Assembly (NCBI GenBank): GCA_009914755.4
Contig: CP086569.2
Location: forward strand, 4,000,001-4,064,000
Length of the DNA stretch: 64,000 nucleotides
Source of the DNA: the human T2T-CHM13v2.0 reference genome, Homo sapiens
Direction: 5' to 3'
This document shows, in pieces, positions 44,938 through 60,700 of the stretch. The notes under the pieces were generated by a model. It had not been told where the DNA came from, did no database searches, and saw only the letters and a list, made by a program, of their open reading frames with translations. Both the position numbers and the translations under genes were made by a program. How positions within the stretch are numbered: position 1 is the stretch's first letter; every line of letters begins with the position of its first letter.

Positions 44938-47261
44938 ATCTCTATCATGCTGAGACAGATACTGAAGTATGTATGAATGAAATGACATAATGATGTCTGG
45001 AATTTGCTTCAAAATTATTCACTGGTGACTGGGAAGATGAGTGGGTTGGGTTAAGATGAAACAAAATAAAGCATTATTTGATAGTTATTGAAGCTGTATG
45101 ATGGGTACACAAGAGTTCATTACACAAAAAGATCTACTTTTGTGCATATTTGATGCTTTCCAAAATGAAAAGCTTTGCTTTTCCTTACTGGCTTCAAAAT
45201 CTTAAGATACATTACATTTCTCCATTATGGTGATGGGCATTCTGTGCATTGGTTTTCCTGTTAACAGAAGATAGGTAGATTAGGAGCCAATGGCAGTCTA
45301 GTTAAAGGTCTTTAGAAAAAGAAAAATAATAAACAAATAGTCATCTTATTCATTTTATTATAAATCACTGCAGACAATACTTATCAAATTGTTAAGAAAA
45401 GTGGAATTTTAATTAAACTGTAAAAGTTTTGGTACAGGCCCCAGACAGCATTTTGAATAGGAAAATTTGAAATATTTTGGCCAAAAGCCATAGTTGGATT
45501 TACTGTCCTTTTATAATCCTCAGAAATGTTGTAGTAATTGTAGACAAAAGTATTTCATTTGAATGTTCACATTTTATTAAAAAAGGATTTAATATTATAT
45601 CCTGAGAACAAAGATCTTTGATTTCCTATTCGCTAATCCTGCTTAGATCTTTTGGGCTAAAATAATGTTTTTAAGTTTGTCATGCTACAGTGAATTTCAG
45701 CTAATCTGCCTGTGGTCTTTCAAAACAAATACATTAAAAGGAAATTTTTAAATGATTAAACTAACTTCTATTCAATGAGTACTTACTGGAATTCGGACAT
45801 TTTGTTAGACAATTTTAATCTCTTATTTAATTCATTGTCCTGGGTACCTAAGGTAGGAATTATTACTTATTACATGAAATAACAGATTAAAGAACAGAGA
45901 TCAAATAAGTTAAGTAACTTGTATAAAATCACACAGTTATAAAGTCTGAGAATGCAGTGATATAATTAGAAAAGGCTTAGTGATTTTCATGATTGAGAAT
46001 TTTGCTTTATTGTATTTTCTGTGTTTTGCTTTTTTGTTGTTACTTATCACAGAATGATGGTAGCTGATAAAATCAGCTGATGACTATATTTAGGGTATGT
46101 CAGGAAGAATTCTGGTAATGTGCCCAGAGACCTAGACTAAGTGTAGATTATTAATCAGTTTCGGAAGAAGCATAATAAAATCGTGCTCTTTGAAGCAAGA
46201 TTGGCCAATTTTTATGTGTATGTCTGTCATTGACATCTGTGTAACAATAGCAAGTGTACTTAACTATATTTAACCTGTTTGTCTTCACCTCTAAAAGAAT
46301 AGCAATGCTTACTTATAATGTTTTATAATTAAAGTTAATGAATCCCATGTCTTTAGGCTAATGTCTTGTACATAATAAGATTTAATAAATGATACCAGGT
46401 TTTACTACATAATATTTGTGTAGCATCGGGCAATTTACTTATCTTTTTGATACGCTGATTTCCAAATATATAAAATGGAGATAATGATAATAATATTGCC
46501 TTCTAAAGTTGATGAGATTTACAAATTAATTTTATATAAGTACTTATAATAACAGTGCTTGGTATATACTAAATGCTATATTGGTGCTGGCCTTATTCTA
46601 TTAGTATTAATTTAAAATTATAATTAATGTAAGAGTTCATGTTATGCCCAAATTCTTTCTCATGGCTTAGAATATACAAAATAGATTTTCAAAATGATGT
46701 AATCTTGTCTTAAGTTGGTTAATTTATCTGAATGATGCAATAAGTATGAACATTTTAATAAAATATAGGTACTGTTAGGCTCCAAGTAAATACTTATCTA
46801 TATGAAAAAGAGGCAGATAAAGATGACATTTTAAATCAATATGAAAAGAAGATGTTAGTAATTAAGTGATATGAGAGGAATTGGCTATAGGAAATCAAAA
46901 TTTGATTCCTATCATCATAAGGTAATATAAAGCTCAGATTTAAGTTCTAAATGCAAATGAAGTTAAAAATATTTTTAAAAAGACATGAAAATCTGCCCTT
47001 TTGGGGAGTACATAAGGCCTCAATAACAACAAAAAAAGAAGAAACCATAACTTAAAAAAAAATTGATCTAACACAAATTAGTACTAGTAAGAGTCAATAT
47101 CCCAGTATTAAAAATTTACACTCCTATGAAATTAGAGAGGATTGTAAAAACTTTAGATTTATGTTTGTAAAAGTCAGCTAAGTGTAGGCACACTCATTCA
47201 TTACTGTTGAGAGCATAAATTGGTACATTTCTTATTCAGAGCAATTTGGCAGTGTAGTGTT

Positions 47262-47931
<670 letters not shown>

Positions 47932-47970
47932 GTCATACCTTTTCACCACATATTTTAATGTCTATAGATC

Positions 47971-48353
47971 TGTGTCAGTCCACTCTCACACTGCTATAAA
48001 GAAATACCTGTGATGGGGTAATTTATAAAGGAAAGATGTCTAATTGACTCACAATTCCATATAGCTGGGGAAGCCTCAGGAAACTTACAATTATGGCAGA
48101 AGGGGAAGCAGGCATCTTTTTCATAAGGCAGCAGGAGGTAAAAGTGAGAGTGCAGAAAAAATCTACCACTTTAAAAACCATCAGGTCTCATGAGAACACA
48201 CTCACTATCATGGGAACAGCATGGGGGAAACTGCCCCATGTTCCAATCACTTCCCTCCCTTGACACCTGGGGATTAGAGGTCCCTTCCCTGGACAGGTGG
48301 GAATTACAATTTGAGATGAGATTTGGATGGGGACACAGAGCCAAACCATATCA
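47971..48353 (-). mobile_element. Solo ERVL-MaLR LTR (THE1/MST-type)
   Basis: gtgtcagtccactctcacactgctataaagaaatacctgtgatggggtaatttataaaggaaagatgtctaattgactcacaattcc...ggaattacaatttgagatgagatttggatggggacacagagccaaaccatatca. Confidence 0.85.
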
Positions 48354-48738
48354 AGATCTCCTCAGGAAATAATGATAAAGTTTTACAAATATTAAGGCAC
48401 AAACCTCTTCACTGAAGTGTTCTGTATTGCTTGAAATGTATTTTAAGCTATCTAAATGACAATAAAGAATACATCGAATAAATTATTGTACATCCATGTG
48501 ATGACTTAAGTTATAGAAATTAAAAGAATAGTTTTGGAAAAATATAGAAAAATACTCATTATACAGAATATAAAACATTATATGAAGTACGCACAAATGC
48601 CAAAATTATATATACATGGATAAAAAATGTACTGAAAGAGTATATGCCAACATATGAACCTGATTTTTGAGTAGCAGATTAAAGCAGATCTTCATTTTCC
48701 TCTTTCTTCTTTTCAGCATTTTACAAATTCACCAGAGC

Positions 48739-48767
48739 ATGTGTATGTGTGTGTGTGTGTGTGTATG
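48739..48767. repeat. (TG)n microsatellite
   Basis: gtgtatgtgtgtgtgtgtgtgtgtgtatg. Confidence 0.9.
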
Positions 48768-51700
48768 TTCTTAAAATATATACTTATGTGAAAAACATAA
48801 TTTAAATCACATATAGACAGTTTAATATCATAACTATTCTCAATTTTCTTACAGTGGGTTTTCCAAATGTTTAAAGTATTATGATTAAAATAGTGCAATT
48901 AGGGAAATCAAATGAGTTTCATAAAATAAAGCAATTCTTACCATGATGACACTTTTAAGAAATACTTAATACAGAATGTGCTTCTACTCTTAGGGTAAGG
49001 AAAGACTTTCTAGGCATAATACAAAATCATAAAAGTTTTATTTAAAAAGATTGATGTACACAATTAAATAGAAACTGCAAAATTTTGAATAATGAAAAAC
49101 ATAAATTTAAAAGGCAAATACTTGAAAATATTTATAAAATATAACTGAAAATTGTCAGCATTAATTATATAAAGATAATTCCTACATAGAGGAAATATAT
49201 GGAAGTGGTAGAAAGGGACCACAAAATAAAACAGAAAAAAAAATCTGGAGGGAAACACATGGTAAATTCCCCAATGGCAGTATACATATAAAACAGTGCT
49301 CAAGCAAAAATGTAGATAAATCTCAAAAGCACAACTTTGAGTGAAAGACTATAGGCTACAAGGATTACCTACTATATGATTTCATTTGTATAAAGTACAA
49401 AACAAGGAAAATTGGTCTATCCAGGTTGAAGTTAGGATAGTGGATACCCTTGGCAATGGTCATGACTTTAAGTAGACAGTAGAGATCTTCTCAGTTGCTT
49501 ACAATATACTCTTTCGTAATTTGTGTTTCACTGTGTTCAGTTTCTGAAAATTGAATAAACTCTTCAATTCTGATCCATGTACTTTTCTTTGTATTATAAT
49601 TTAATAACAATATTTTTAATCAATCAGATTATCTTAGGTTATGTTCAAATTCCAATAAGATTCCAGAGAGCATGTTGAATTCGCATATAAAGTGTCCAAG
49701 CAGAAAACAAGTTTGCTGGCCTTAAAACTGTAGTATAAAAATTATGATTATTTTGTTAACCCTGTGAGTTTGATTTTAAATATCATTTTGTGAATGGTTT
49801 CCTTTAATCCTGGCATTCTCTATGTAAAAAACAGAAAGGAAATAATGTCATTTTAATTTATTATACACACAGAAATGGATATTGAGAAATTTCACTTGAA
49901 AATTGTATAGCAGATCTAGATAAGTATATATTGATGCGTATTTCTGTGGTTTATTGTGTGATTCAAATTTACTTTTAAAGTAAGTAGTAATTTATGTAGC
50001 CAATAATGGTTTGTATAGTTATTAAAAATTTATCCTCAGTATGAATATTAAACTAGAAAATGAAATACATAAAAATAAATATAAAATTGAATATATTTAT
50101 TTCATCAACTGATAACTATTATTAAACATTTTTCACCCTCCAAATTTGTTTCTATGCAACTAAACCCTTTGTTAATCTGTGTCAGAAAAAAGGAAAATAA
50201 ATCTTTGAAATCAGCCAAAAAATATTACTGAGTCTTGTCAAGCATACCATTCAGGATTATCTGTGCCTTTCATTGTACTTAAGTTACTTTACCAGTCAGT
50301 AAGTTGTAGAATACTGGCAATAAAGTAGATGACCTTTGTGCAAAGAAAAACTATTTTAATCCACTGGAGATGCTATTGATTATTGCACTTGTATATTGAC
50401 CAATTTGGAATATTTTTGTAAAGCAATTTTAGCATTCCTTATGGCTTCCGTAGGTTAATGTATTTTCTAAATTCTTCTTTGAATTAGTTATAACAACCTA
50501 AAGGTTCCTAAATTAGTTGATGTTAAAGTATTTGAAACAAGTTTATATTTTTATGAGTCACAATTTTATATTTGAAAGATTCATCAACATTAGCTTTTTT
50601 AACAAAGTAGGTCATGTATATATTTTCATGTCATTAAATACATATTGGCATAATTTCTTTAGTGGCTCCATAATATTCCATTGTATAGATTTATCATATC
50701 CTGTACCATTAGTCACTTATGTCACTGCCAATTTTTATTATAAAGGCAATAATGAAAAAATAAAAATTGCAGCTACTCCACTATAATGTAAACTCTATGA
50801 AACATTTTTTTCTGTTTTCTTTTTTAACCTACCTATTGCTGTGCCTGCAAAGGTTCTTAGAACATAATACATATAAGCAGCTATTAACTGTGTTGAATAT
50901 ATGAAAGAGTACCTTTAAAACCCAGAAATATGCATCAGAAGCTATGTTTCATCTGTCACATTGACAAAATATAAAAACATTTACAATATCCAGTGCTGGC
51001 AAGGGTGTAGAAAGGAATGGTATCACTCACTCTTGATAAAATTCTAAATTATGGTACATTTTCTGGAGGAAATATGACTGTACCTAACAAAATGTAAAAT
51101 GTGACTATCTTTGGAATCAGTATTCATACTTCTGAGAACTTACCTTGTGGGAGAAAAGTTTAACTTTGCATACAGATACACAAGATACCGATTATTACAG
51201 CATCATTTATAACAATGAGAAGTTGGAAGCAATCTTCATGTCAATCAATGAATTGTTAGTAAAGAAATACTAGTATATCCAGTATTCATGAATTCCAATA
51301 AGTGATATAAAAAGAGTTACGTACAAAGATATTTAAAGGTTCCCATATATATGATTAAGTGAAAAAAAAGTAAGTCATAGAACCCAATGTACAATGTTAT
51401 ATGACACTAAAACAATGCTTCCTGTATATGGATAAAGAAGAAATCTTAAAGGAAACATATCAAACCTTTACTATGATTATTTCTGAAGAATAAGATGGGA
51501 AAAGGATGAGAGTTTTTTTTTCCACAGTGTATACCTCCATATCATTTTAGTTATTTTTGTCATAAACATTAATTGATCTCATAAATAAAAAGAAAAATAA
51601 AGTAAATAATTTCATATCAAACTGAAGAATTTAAGACCATGCCATCCTCAAACCTGCTACTCTTGGATATTGATTATTTTGAGTTAAAGACACTTGAAAA

Positions 51701-54700
51701 AATACAGCATCAAGACCACTCTGACTTTCCTTCTCTTTCTTAAAAGCAAGTGATGAGATTCCCATGTGAAAGATGTCCTCTCTGCACCGCAAGGAAAGTA
51801 TCATTTTTTTTTATCATCAAGGATGGGACACAGGGCAGGCACTTAAAAATAAGTACCTGAGAGGGGCCCTTCCATTTTGATTGTAATTGATCCTCAGGGG
51901 ATTCTTCTCTCCAGGGTTTTAATAGAATTTCCATATTCTTGAAGGGCCTTTTGGACCTGGCCTAAATTCCAAAAAGGGGGGTATAGCGAGGTATGTCTGA
52001 CTTCCTGTTTCTTTTCACAGCCTAAATTTGTTTTTCAGGCTTCTTATTGTCAATTAAATGTTCTAGGCCAGACAAGAAGCATGGTGGGCAGGCACCCATT
52101 TGTTCTTAAAACACTTTTTAAACAATATAAAAGACTAAGACTAAAAGCCAAAAATAAGGCTACACATCAAGAGAAAACAAGAGTACAGCATCAAGTTATA
52201 CTGGAGAAAATCATTGCTTTTATATACCTCTAAGATGAAATATTTCAGCAACAGGCCATAACAACAGTTAGAACCAGAGGATAAAAAAATCACAGAAGCT
52301 GACAAAAAAGCTAAAGAAGAGAGTTATCCTCCTCTCCTTTTTATGAGAAAATGGATTATAAGCATTTGCCAGTGAATGAAATACAACAAAAGGAATATAT
52401 TTATTAAACAAAGTCTGTAAGGGGGTGTAAATACAGAATGACAAGATAATCATTTTGAACTTTAGAGCAGAAAACAGACAAGGCAGTACCAAAAATCGGA
52501 GGTGGTTTAGAGACCCCCTAGAGTGGGCCTCTAACTCACAATACCTCTCTAGAGTAGGCCTCTAAACCACAATATCCAATGTCAAAAACCCCAGAGCACA
52601 TGAGGATGACCAACACTGAAGGTGGGACTCTAACTCACACTTCTAGAATGAACGCTCTCACAATCAGGTGTTCTGCCTTCTACACTTGCCCAAATGCAGT
52701 TAATGGGGAGCTAAAGCAAAAACTGCAAATGAAACATATATTTCAGTGTGGAAGGTAAATTAAAATAAAATTTCCAATCAAAAAATTAAAATGGTGTTAG
52801 AGGAGAAATGGCTGAGAGAAGGGCTGACAAGGACAAAGCTGATCCATTGTGCTTCCATTCAGGGCACTCAAATGGCAGAGGATTTTGAATGGACTACCTA
52901 GCCAAGGTCTTATTTCCAGGCTCACCCAATGTTGAAAGGGGGGCAGAAGGAACACTTACCCATCCACAGGAGCCAAAATGATACTGACTTGTCTCCAATG
53001 TGTGGCTTGGGTGAAGGTCTCCACCCAAGCTTTACAGCTTGGGCTGGCTCAGCTGCCATAAGAGGATTGGCGTATGATCCTGTAACCAGCCAGCCAAAAT
53101 GGTGGGTCTTTTTATATGAGGTGACACTGTGGCTGCTTGCCCATCTGTCTGCTCAGATCTGCTTCCACCACCTCCCAGGAAAGATGATGGCTCTGAAAAG
53201 AGCCTTTGGCTAGAGTTACAGCTCTACAGTGTTATGCCTCATCAATCATAATCTTGCTGCCTCACCACCTCACTGTCTCACCAGTCATTGCCTTTCACCT
53301 TCTCTCCACCCAACTATTTCACCAATTGACACCTCTCGCCATCTCACCATCTCATTGTCTCACTGATTGCCAATTGCCAACTTGTCACCTTGTCAATCAC
53401 CAATTGCCATTTTACCATTTAGTTTCATCCCTTTTTGATCACCAAGATGATACAGGACAAGTGAGCCCCAAAATTGAGACTTAGCCTGGGAAATTTCTTG
53501 GCTTCCCTCAGGAAAGAATACAAGGGCGAATCAGAGGTGAGAGAGGGCAACTTTTATTGAATCAGTGCTGCTCCTTGCAGAGCAGGGCTAACCCACAGCC
53601 AGTGTGCCCAGAGTTGGCAGCATATGGGCTGTTGGCAGTTGCATTTATATCCACTTTTGCTTACATGACAATTAAGGGGCAGATTACTCAGAACTTTCTA
53701 GAAAAAGGGAGGAGAGTTTCTGGAATCATGTAAGATAACTTCTGGGCCACTATCATGGTCCATTGCCATGGCATTTGTAAACTGTCATTGTGCCAGTGGG
53801 AGTGTCATTATGCTAACAAGCAGTGAGGGCAACTAGATGTCACTTTCATTGCCATCTGCAGGTTTGGGACAGCTTCCTCACTTCACCCTGAGAATCAACC
53901 AGATTCTGCTTCAATTAGCAGGATCATTACTGGAAAATAAGTCCTGCCAGCCTCCTACCTTACTGTTTATAAATTAAATTAGATAAATTTGTATGCTTTT
54001 CTCCTGATAATCTGTTTTATGTTAGTTTAACTCTTAGGCCCAGTTTAAAAAAAAAAAAATCTAAGAGTGTAGAAGTAAATTCTGCCACCACTTATAAGAC
54101 ATTGGTTAAAAGAAAATGTACATGATTCAGTTAGCACAAGAGAGATTTTGAAATTTTCAGTCACTGTTTTTCAAATTTATGTCTCTTATTAAGCAGAGGG
54201 TCATGTATATTATCCAGCTCAATAAATAATAGTTCAATAATATAGTGTAAACCATTTTTTTCATTAAAGATTTAAAAAGTGTAAAAATTGCAGCAGCTAG
54301 GGATAATGGTATGTTCTCTCCTGGATTTTGGAGCTCCACAGATTTGTGTTTTGGGTTCTCTCAGTTTCTTTGAGCAAATTTCTGATCCAAACTGTCTTTG
54401 GAAGTCATGACAGATACGGGACTGGGTCCATAATTGGATTTAATTAAGGAATCAACTGGCTTGGATCCAGTTAGAGGCCTCTTACATCTGAATGGGTCAG
54501 AAAGAAAAATAGTAAATGGTAATATTGCAGAGGGTAAAAAATTTGGCTTTTTGGAAATTCACAGGGGTTTTGTCTTCTACTCCTTTGTTTCATTTTTCTT
54601 ACATGCTTAGATAGGAAAAAAAAAAATTGGGTAAGTTAATCTAGGAACCCGAGAGCAAAGCCAATATCTTAGGTAAAAAAGGGATTCTTAATTTCTGAAG

Positions 54701-57700
54701 AACTGAGCAGCAAATTCTTACAGAAATGGCAAAATCTTACTAAAGATTACTTCCAGTAGAATGTTCCAAATGAACAAAACTGCACTGAAATGCATTTGAA
54801 AATGAGAGTTCCCAAATTAGTCTCTCATCTAGGGATGCCTATTGGCATGCAGAAGCTTCTAAAAAGTTTTCGGTATTTTTATTTAAAGACTTTACATAAG
54901 GCAAATAAAAACTTGAGTGACCAATTGATTAAAAAAAGAAATCTGCCTTGCAATTTTTCCTGATGGCAATGAGCGACAGGATTAGGCATGTACTGGACCA
55001 TGGAAAATGGGAAACATTTTCTCCTCAAAGGGGAAAAATTGAGAGCTGATGGGATTGCTGGAAAAGACTCCTTCATGACTAACAAGCAGCCATCTGAACT
55101 TTTGATTCAGGTTTGCTACAATGGGTGGGTTTTTCTCTAACCTCCTAGAGCTAATCACCTTCCACACCCTGCCACAGGCAATGATTCTCTCTTGCTCTCT
55201 CTCTGTGCAAAACAGTTGAGGGAATGATAAAATTCACTATATCTTGGAAAGTTTTAATTAATGAGAAAAATGATTTATGAGACTACTCTTAAGCTGTAAT
55301 AATCTGGTAAACTTTGTGGTATGAATTTGTCTTTTTGTGTTGTTTTGTCACGAAAGGGGTACCTTATGATAGAACATGAGCTTAGGTTTCCATAAGCTCA
55401 CTGTTCAAGATGGCCCAGCAAGCTAGTCAGTGACAAACTTTGCTGCAAGTCTCTGAAACAAACAAAAAACTGGATGAGGTCTCCATCTTGTTTTATGTCC
55501 TTAGGAGCTTGATCTTGTAACTACATTGTGGTACTTTCTCTTGGTCTTTGCCATGTAGGGAACAGGAATTTGGTGGTTCATGTAACAGCTCTACAAATTA
55601 TCTTGAGTAGTTAAAAGTCATTGCAAGCTCAAAATTGACTGCTCTAGACTCCTTCTGGGAAGAGCAATGGAAACTTCCCAATGCTCCTTTGCCTCAGCAG
55701 CTAAGGCTTTGCCATTTCAAATTGGTGGCCTGGGTTCAATCTTGGCTTAGGGAATTAGTATATTTCTTGTTGATATCTGTGTGACCTTTAACATTTGTTG
55801 ATTCTCTTCCCCTCCATGAACAACTTCTAGGTTCCCTTCTTAAGTTTTCCTTTCTCTGAGCTATCTTTGAAGATTCCAACTTCTGTAACAACTGTTTACC
55901 ACCTCTTTGAAAATACCTCATACACTTGTACACTCATGGTTAAGCCATAACCTTTTTTAAAGCTTGTTAGTTTTACCCATGAGGTTAATTTTGGTAACAT
56001 TTAAAAGCCAGGAATAGTTCCTGTTTGGCCTGGCTAAAGTAGGGTAATAAGAAATTTACAAGGAATTTTTTTTTTTTTTTTGCAAGAGCTGTGGGTAAAA
56101 GTCAGCTTAATTAAAAGTGGCTATCCAACCTCTACATATATTTAAGAGGCCTTTTTTTGTTTTCTTTCTCTTCTTGAATCTTATTTTTCTGAAGCAAAGG
56201 GTGTTTTCTTTTCTTCTCAGTGGACTGAAATGTTTTTTCTTTATTTTTTTTTTCTTGCCACTCATAATGCACACCTGAGAGGACCTAAGATAACTTCTAA
56301 TAGTGTGGGACTCCTTGGGAAAATCAGAGTAGCCACCATAGATCCTGTTTTAGGAAAAACCTCTGTTTTTCTTGTGAAACCCCAGGAATTCAAAGTATAT
56401 AGATCCCTCTCAAAATGTAAGGCTGTGTTGTGTTTTTCATTGTGTTATCTGATAAGTTTGAGTTAAGCGATTAACGGAAATTACTTCTCATTATGAGAGA
56501 ACTTTTGTGTGTAATAACTGGGTAGGAAATGTACTTTAAGGGATGGCTAATTGCATTTATGTCAGATACCCAGCTCTTTGCATGTTTGGATTAGAGATGC
56601 ATACGCTTGGCCACCTAGAAGGTATGGAAATGTTCCCACCTGGCACTGAGAGATAAGACTCCCATTGGTGATAGGCTGATTGCAAGATGGGCTGATTGCA
56701 AAATCGGCTGATTGGCTGGGTTGCCATGAAATGAAATGCAAGGTAAAAGCATTACACTGTCTTCTCCCATAGCATTTCTGTTTTAGGGGATCCAGAATGT
56801 GATATAAAAATGGGACCCTTAATTTTGGAAATCTGCTTTTGTCTTCAAGCTCTGCTTGTTTATAAGGCCCTAGAAAATGCATGCTTTTCTGGCCCTCTTC
56901 CTTGAAGAACTCCATCTTGAAGCCAGTAATCCATTTAAGAAAGTTAAAAACTGGCAAATGAAAAATCTGACAACTACTGGATCTTCTTCTGTCTGTATGC
57001 ATAGTTATATATGTGTTGTGTTTGTGATGTTTATATAAAAGAGCTCTAATTAATTGGCTTAAAGAAAAATAAGCAAATTGATTTCAAATCAAATAATTTA
57101 AAGACTTTGTCAAAAAATTAAAACTAATGCCTTTTACTTCATGTGACAATAAGCTTTCAGAAATAAAGAGCTTTAAAAATTATTGGTAACATAAAGACAT
57201 TTTGTCTAAATCAAGCAGTTCAGATATTAGGTTTGCTAAATGATTTTAGGTAATAAACTGCTTTTTTGGCTTTTAAAAATCGTTCAACTCGCCACTGTAC
57301 AGCTTGGTAAGGTAAGGTCTGGGACACATGAGGTTACCCATGCCCCTAGTTATGCTGAAAAGAATCAGACCATATCTGCACTTCAGTCTGGTGACCTAGG
57401 CTCCAAACCTAGTACGTAATTAAAATCACTTGCTTACCAGGCTTTTCATCAAAGATAAAAATTGCTAAAAGTTGACATTGTAACATGTGACTAAGACTAC
57501 TAAAAAATGTTGTACATGCAAGGTGTGTGAAGACAGTGAAATATGCTTTTAATAAAAGATTATAACAAGGCATGAAAATGTAAATTTTTGCCTGGTTTAG
57601 AGGATTAAAGGATTGTTTTAAATCAGATAGGATAAAGCTGAAGTTTTGAGTAAGTTGTGAAGGATTCGAGAAAAATTGATCTTGTAAAAAATTCTGTGTG

Positions 57701-60700
57701 ATATATATTAGCTAAATTTAAAAGGGTATTATTTATTTTTTTCTGTACATTGAACATTGGAATAAAAGCACGACAGGGTTTACTTTAAGAACTGATCTGC
57801 TCTTTAACAAATATTTGTAGAGGATTAGAGAAAGTTTTTGAGCATCTCACCTTATGGTCAAACTGATTAAGATTGACAGATATGTCTATAAGGTTTTATT
57901 AAAGATTGGAGTTGACGTTAATAGTACACTAATGCAAAGGTGAAATTTGGCTTTCTTTCTTGAACCAGATACTCATGTAATATTAAATAATAATGCAAAT
58001 TTTTGTTTTACTTTTGAATAAAATACTGAACAAGGAACTAAAGACAAGGGACAGATTGTTTTGAAAGCTAAATTGTCCCTCTCTCAATGAGTAATGATTT
58101 ATGCCTTTTTAAGGTTTTTGAGTCATTATTTTGGCCAACTGAATGACTTATGGTGATCTGGAATTCTATTTCATAATATCAAGTGTTCTAAACCTTTAAC
58201 ATATTTTATAGGCTTTCCAAAATCAAATTTCAGCTTCAAAATAGTCTCTTCTGACCTCTAATTTTGGGATGCTACAGAGAACCCCTGAAGCATCCAAAGG
58301 AGAGGTAAACAGGATTATTTAACATGTTAAGTTACATGAGAAGCATTGTCAAAACAAAAAATTATGTTTCACCTTCTTTAGGTTATATTTTAGTGAATGA
58401 CATTAACATATGTTACAAAATTGCATGGGATTGCTAACATTCAAATATGTCTAAGTATATGTTATCAATCATAATTATGGTTATTATGTTAAGTTATTGT
58501 AGGCCACAGAAATAGCCAAATTTCCTTGTCAATTGTGTTTTTAACTATAACCATTTAAAGTCATTTCCATATTAATTGCTTAATGCTGACACAGTTTCTG
58601 AAAACTTCACAAACACACAAAATCATAGAATATAGTGTCTTCTAGGAGGTTCATGAAAAGATGGAAAGGACCCTGAAAGCACTCTTGAATATAGGTTTCT
58701 AATAACTCTAAAATCATTATCATTTGGACTGAGTAAGAATTCCTGAAACTTTAATGAAAAGAACATTGTCAGGAGGCTTTCATGCTTCTAGATGGATATC
58801 ATTTGTTAGGTCCTTTTTCTATGATTTGGATTCAGAGAAGCAATAATTAGAAATGTATCTCCCATGATGGGATCTATTGCAGATCCTACTGGAAAGGCTA
58901 AGGTTACACAAAAAATTTTAAATTCTCTTGGGAACTTCTGCTAAATAATAGAATTCTTCTAGATTACTTTCTGGCTAAACAGAAGTATCTGTGCAGCTGC
59001 TGGCCCTTGTGGACAATGGAAAAATATATTACATCAGGTATTACAGCGATCCAGTTGTAGGGGATTAGCGAAGATACTCTTTAGTTAAGAGAGTAGAGTC
59101 CATCCGGCTCATTCTTTTGTCTGTTTGATTTTAGGTGGTTTAATTTATGGGGACCCTGGGTTAGAAGCATACTCCAAACTCTTGATATTATCCTCCTGAT
59201 ATTCATAATAGTAGTCTCCCTGGTGTGTTGTATTTCCTAAAAGATTTTAAATGTTTGCATGTAGCCATCTTTAGAATGCCAAATTGTCTCTCTTCAACTG
59301 GCATGACAAGAGCTACAAGAAATGTGGGACCACGAGGACATCATAACCTATGAATGACATGCTGAGACTGGAACCCCAAAATGGTGGTAACTGAGATTGG
59401 CACTAAGGCCTTAATTTTTGGTCACACTTTCACCTAAGTGAGAACCTGACCAAAAAGGGGGAATTTATTTAAACACAATTATGGAAGGTTATTGTTTTGG
59501 ACTGAGCTCATGCACTAGGCCCCAACAGACAAAATCAAGCAAAAATGGAATGTTCATGCTAAATGTGATGTAATCAAACTAAGACTTTTAAGGAAAAGCA
59601 TAGGTTCTGGAACAGACATGGTTTTGTTTTTCTCCTATAAACAGTGTTTTCCAGCATAAGGAGATAACCTCCACTCAGTCCTTGTTCCACCTTGCAAAAC
59701 CCATAGTTTTACTATTTCCCAGTGGGTTTCTAGACCAAATAAGTACATTTACAATGGTGATAGTGACATCAATGACTAAAGTTTCGGTCAATCTCATAAA
59801 ATTGAGAAAATTACCAAATGGGGAAATTGTTAAATCAAGTTTAGCCTAAAGCTTCCTTCTGACATATTTAAGTTTGGCCTAAAGGTTTTTCTGTACATCA
59901 TGAACTATATCAAGTGGAGGTCTAAAGAGACCATAGCCTACACTTGTGCCAATCAATGATATTTGGCCAATTAAATGTAGCCAATTGTTCAAACCATGTT
60001 CAAATAAGGCAAATGCTGAGCTGTAACCTATCCAGCTGTTTCTGTACCTCACTTTCATTTTCTGTACTTCACTTTCCTTTTTCTCTCCATAGATCTTCTT
60101 CCACCGCATGGCTACATTGGAGTCTTTGAGCTTACTGTGACTTAGAAGTCTGTCTGATTTGCAAATCATTCATTGCTCAATTAAACTCCTTTAAATTTAA
60201 TTCAGTTGAAGTTTTTTTTTTATCACTAGTAAAAAATATATCTCTATTCTGCATATTCCTTGATTTTTTCTGGGAAAGATATTTCTCACTTGACTATTAG
60301 TTTACATTAAATGTAAAGTTAATGATAATTATACCACAGATATTAGAACTGTGTTACAATTTTACATAGTCATTTACTAGTAGACATATGTTATTTTGTA
60401 TATATACATAAACATTTTTTCAGAAAAAAAGTTTCATTTTTAAATGAAGAATTTTTAGACATATTTGCTGACAACACAAAATACAGATAGCTAGAAAATT
60501 ATCATTATATTTCTTAAAATAAGAAGAAAAATATTCAGCTTTAATATGAGAATTTTGTCTACAATGCGTTCAGTTCAGTTTAGATAGTGTCACCTACTGC
60601 CTGAGTAAAACACCACACATCTTTCTTGAACTTTGCAGGTTCTTTTCTTTCCGAACAGAACATTCTTAAATTTTCTCAACTCCTTCGTTTAAATTCTTCA

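Noticed and set aside
53255-53445. tcacca/ttgcca-rich low-complexity stretch
   Set aside because: It is a cryptic simple sequence without clear periodicity. It is not a defined microsatellite and has no functional signature.
56562-57002. 146-aa minus-strand ORF, the longest ORF outside recognisable transposable elements
   Set aside because: It has no recognisable domain, a composition typical of chance ORFs in AT-rich DNA, no splice or promoter context, and it overlaps a repetitive ggctgattg array.
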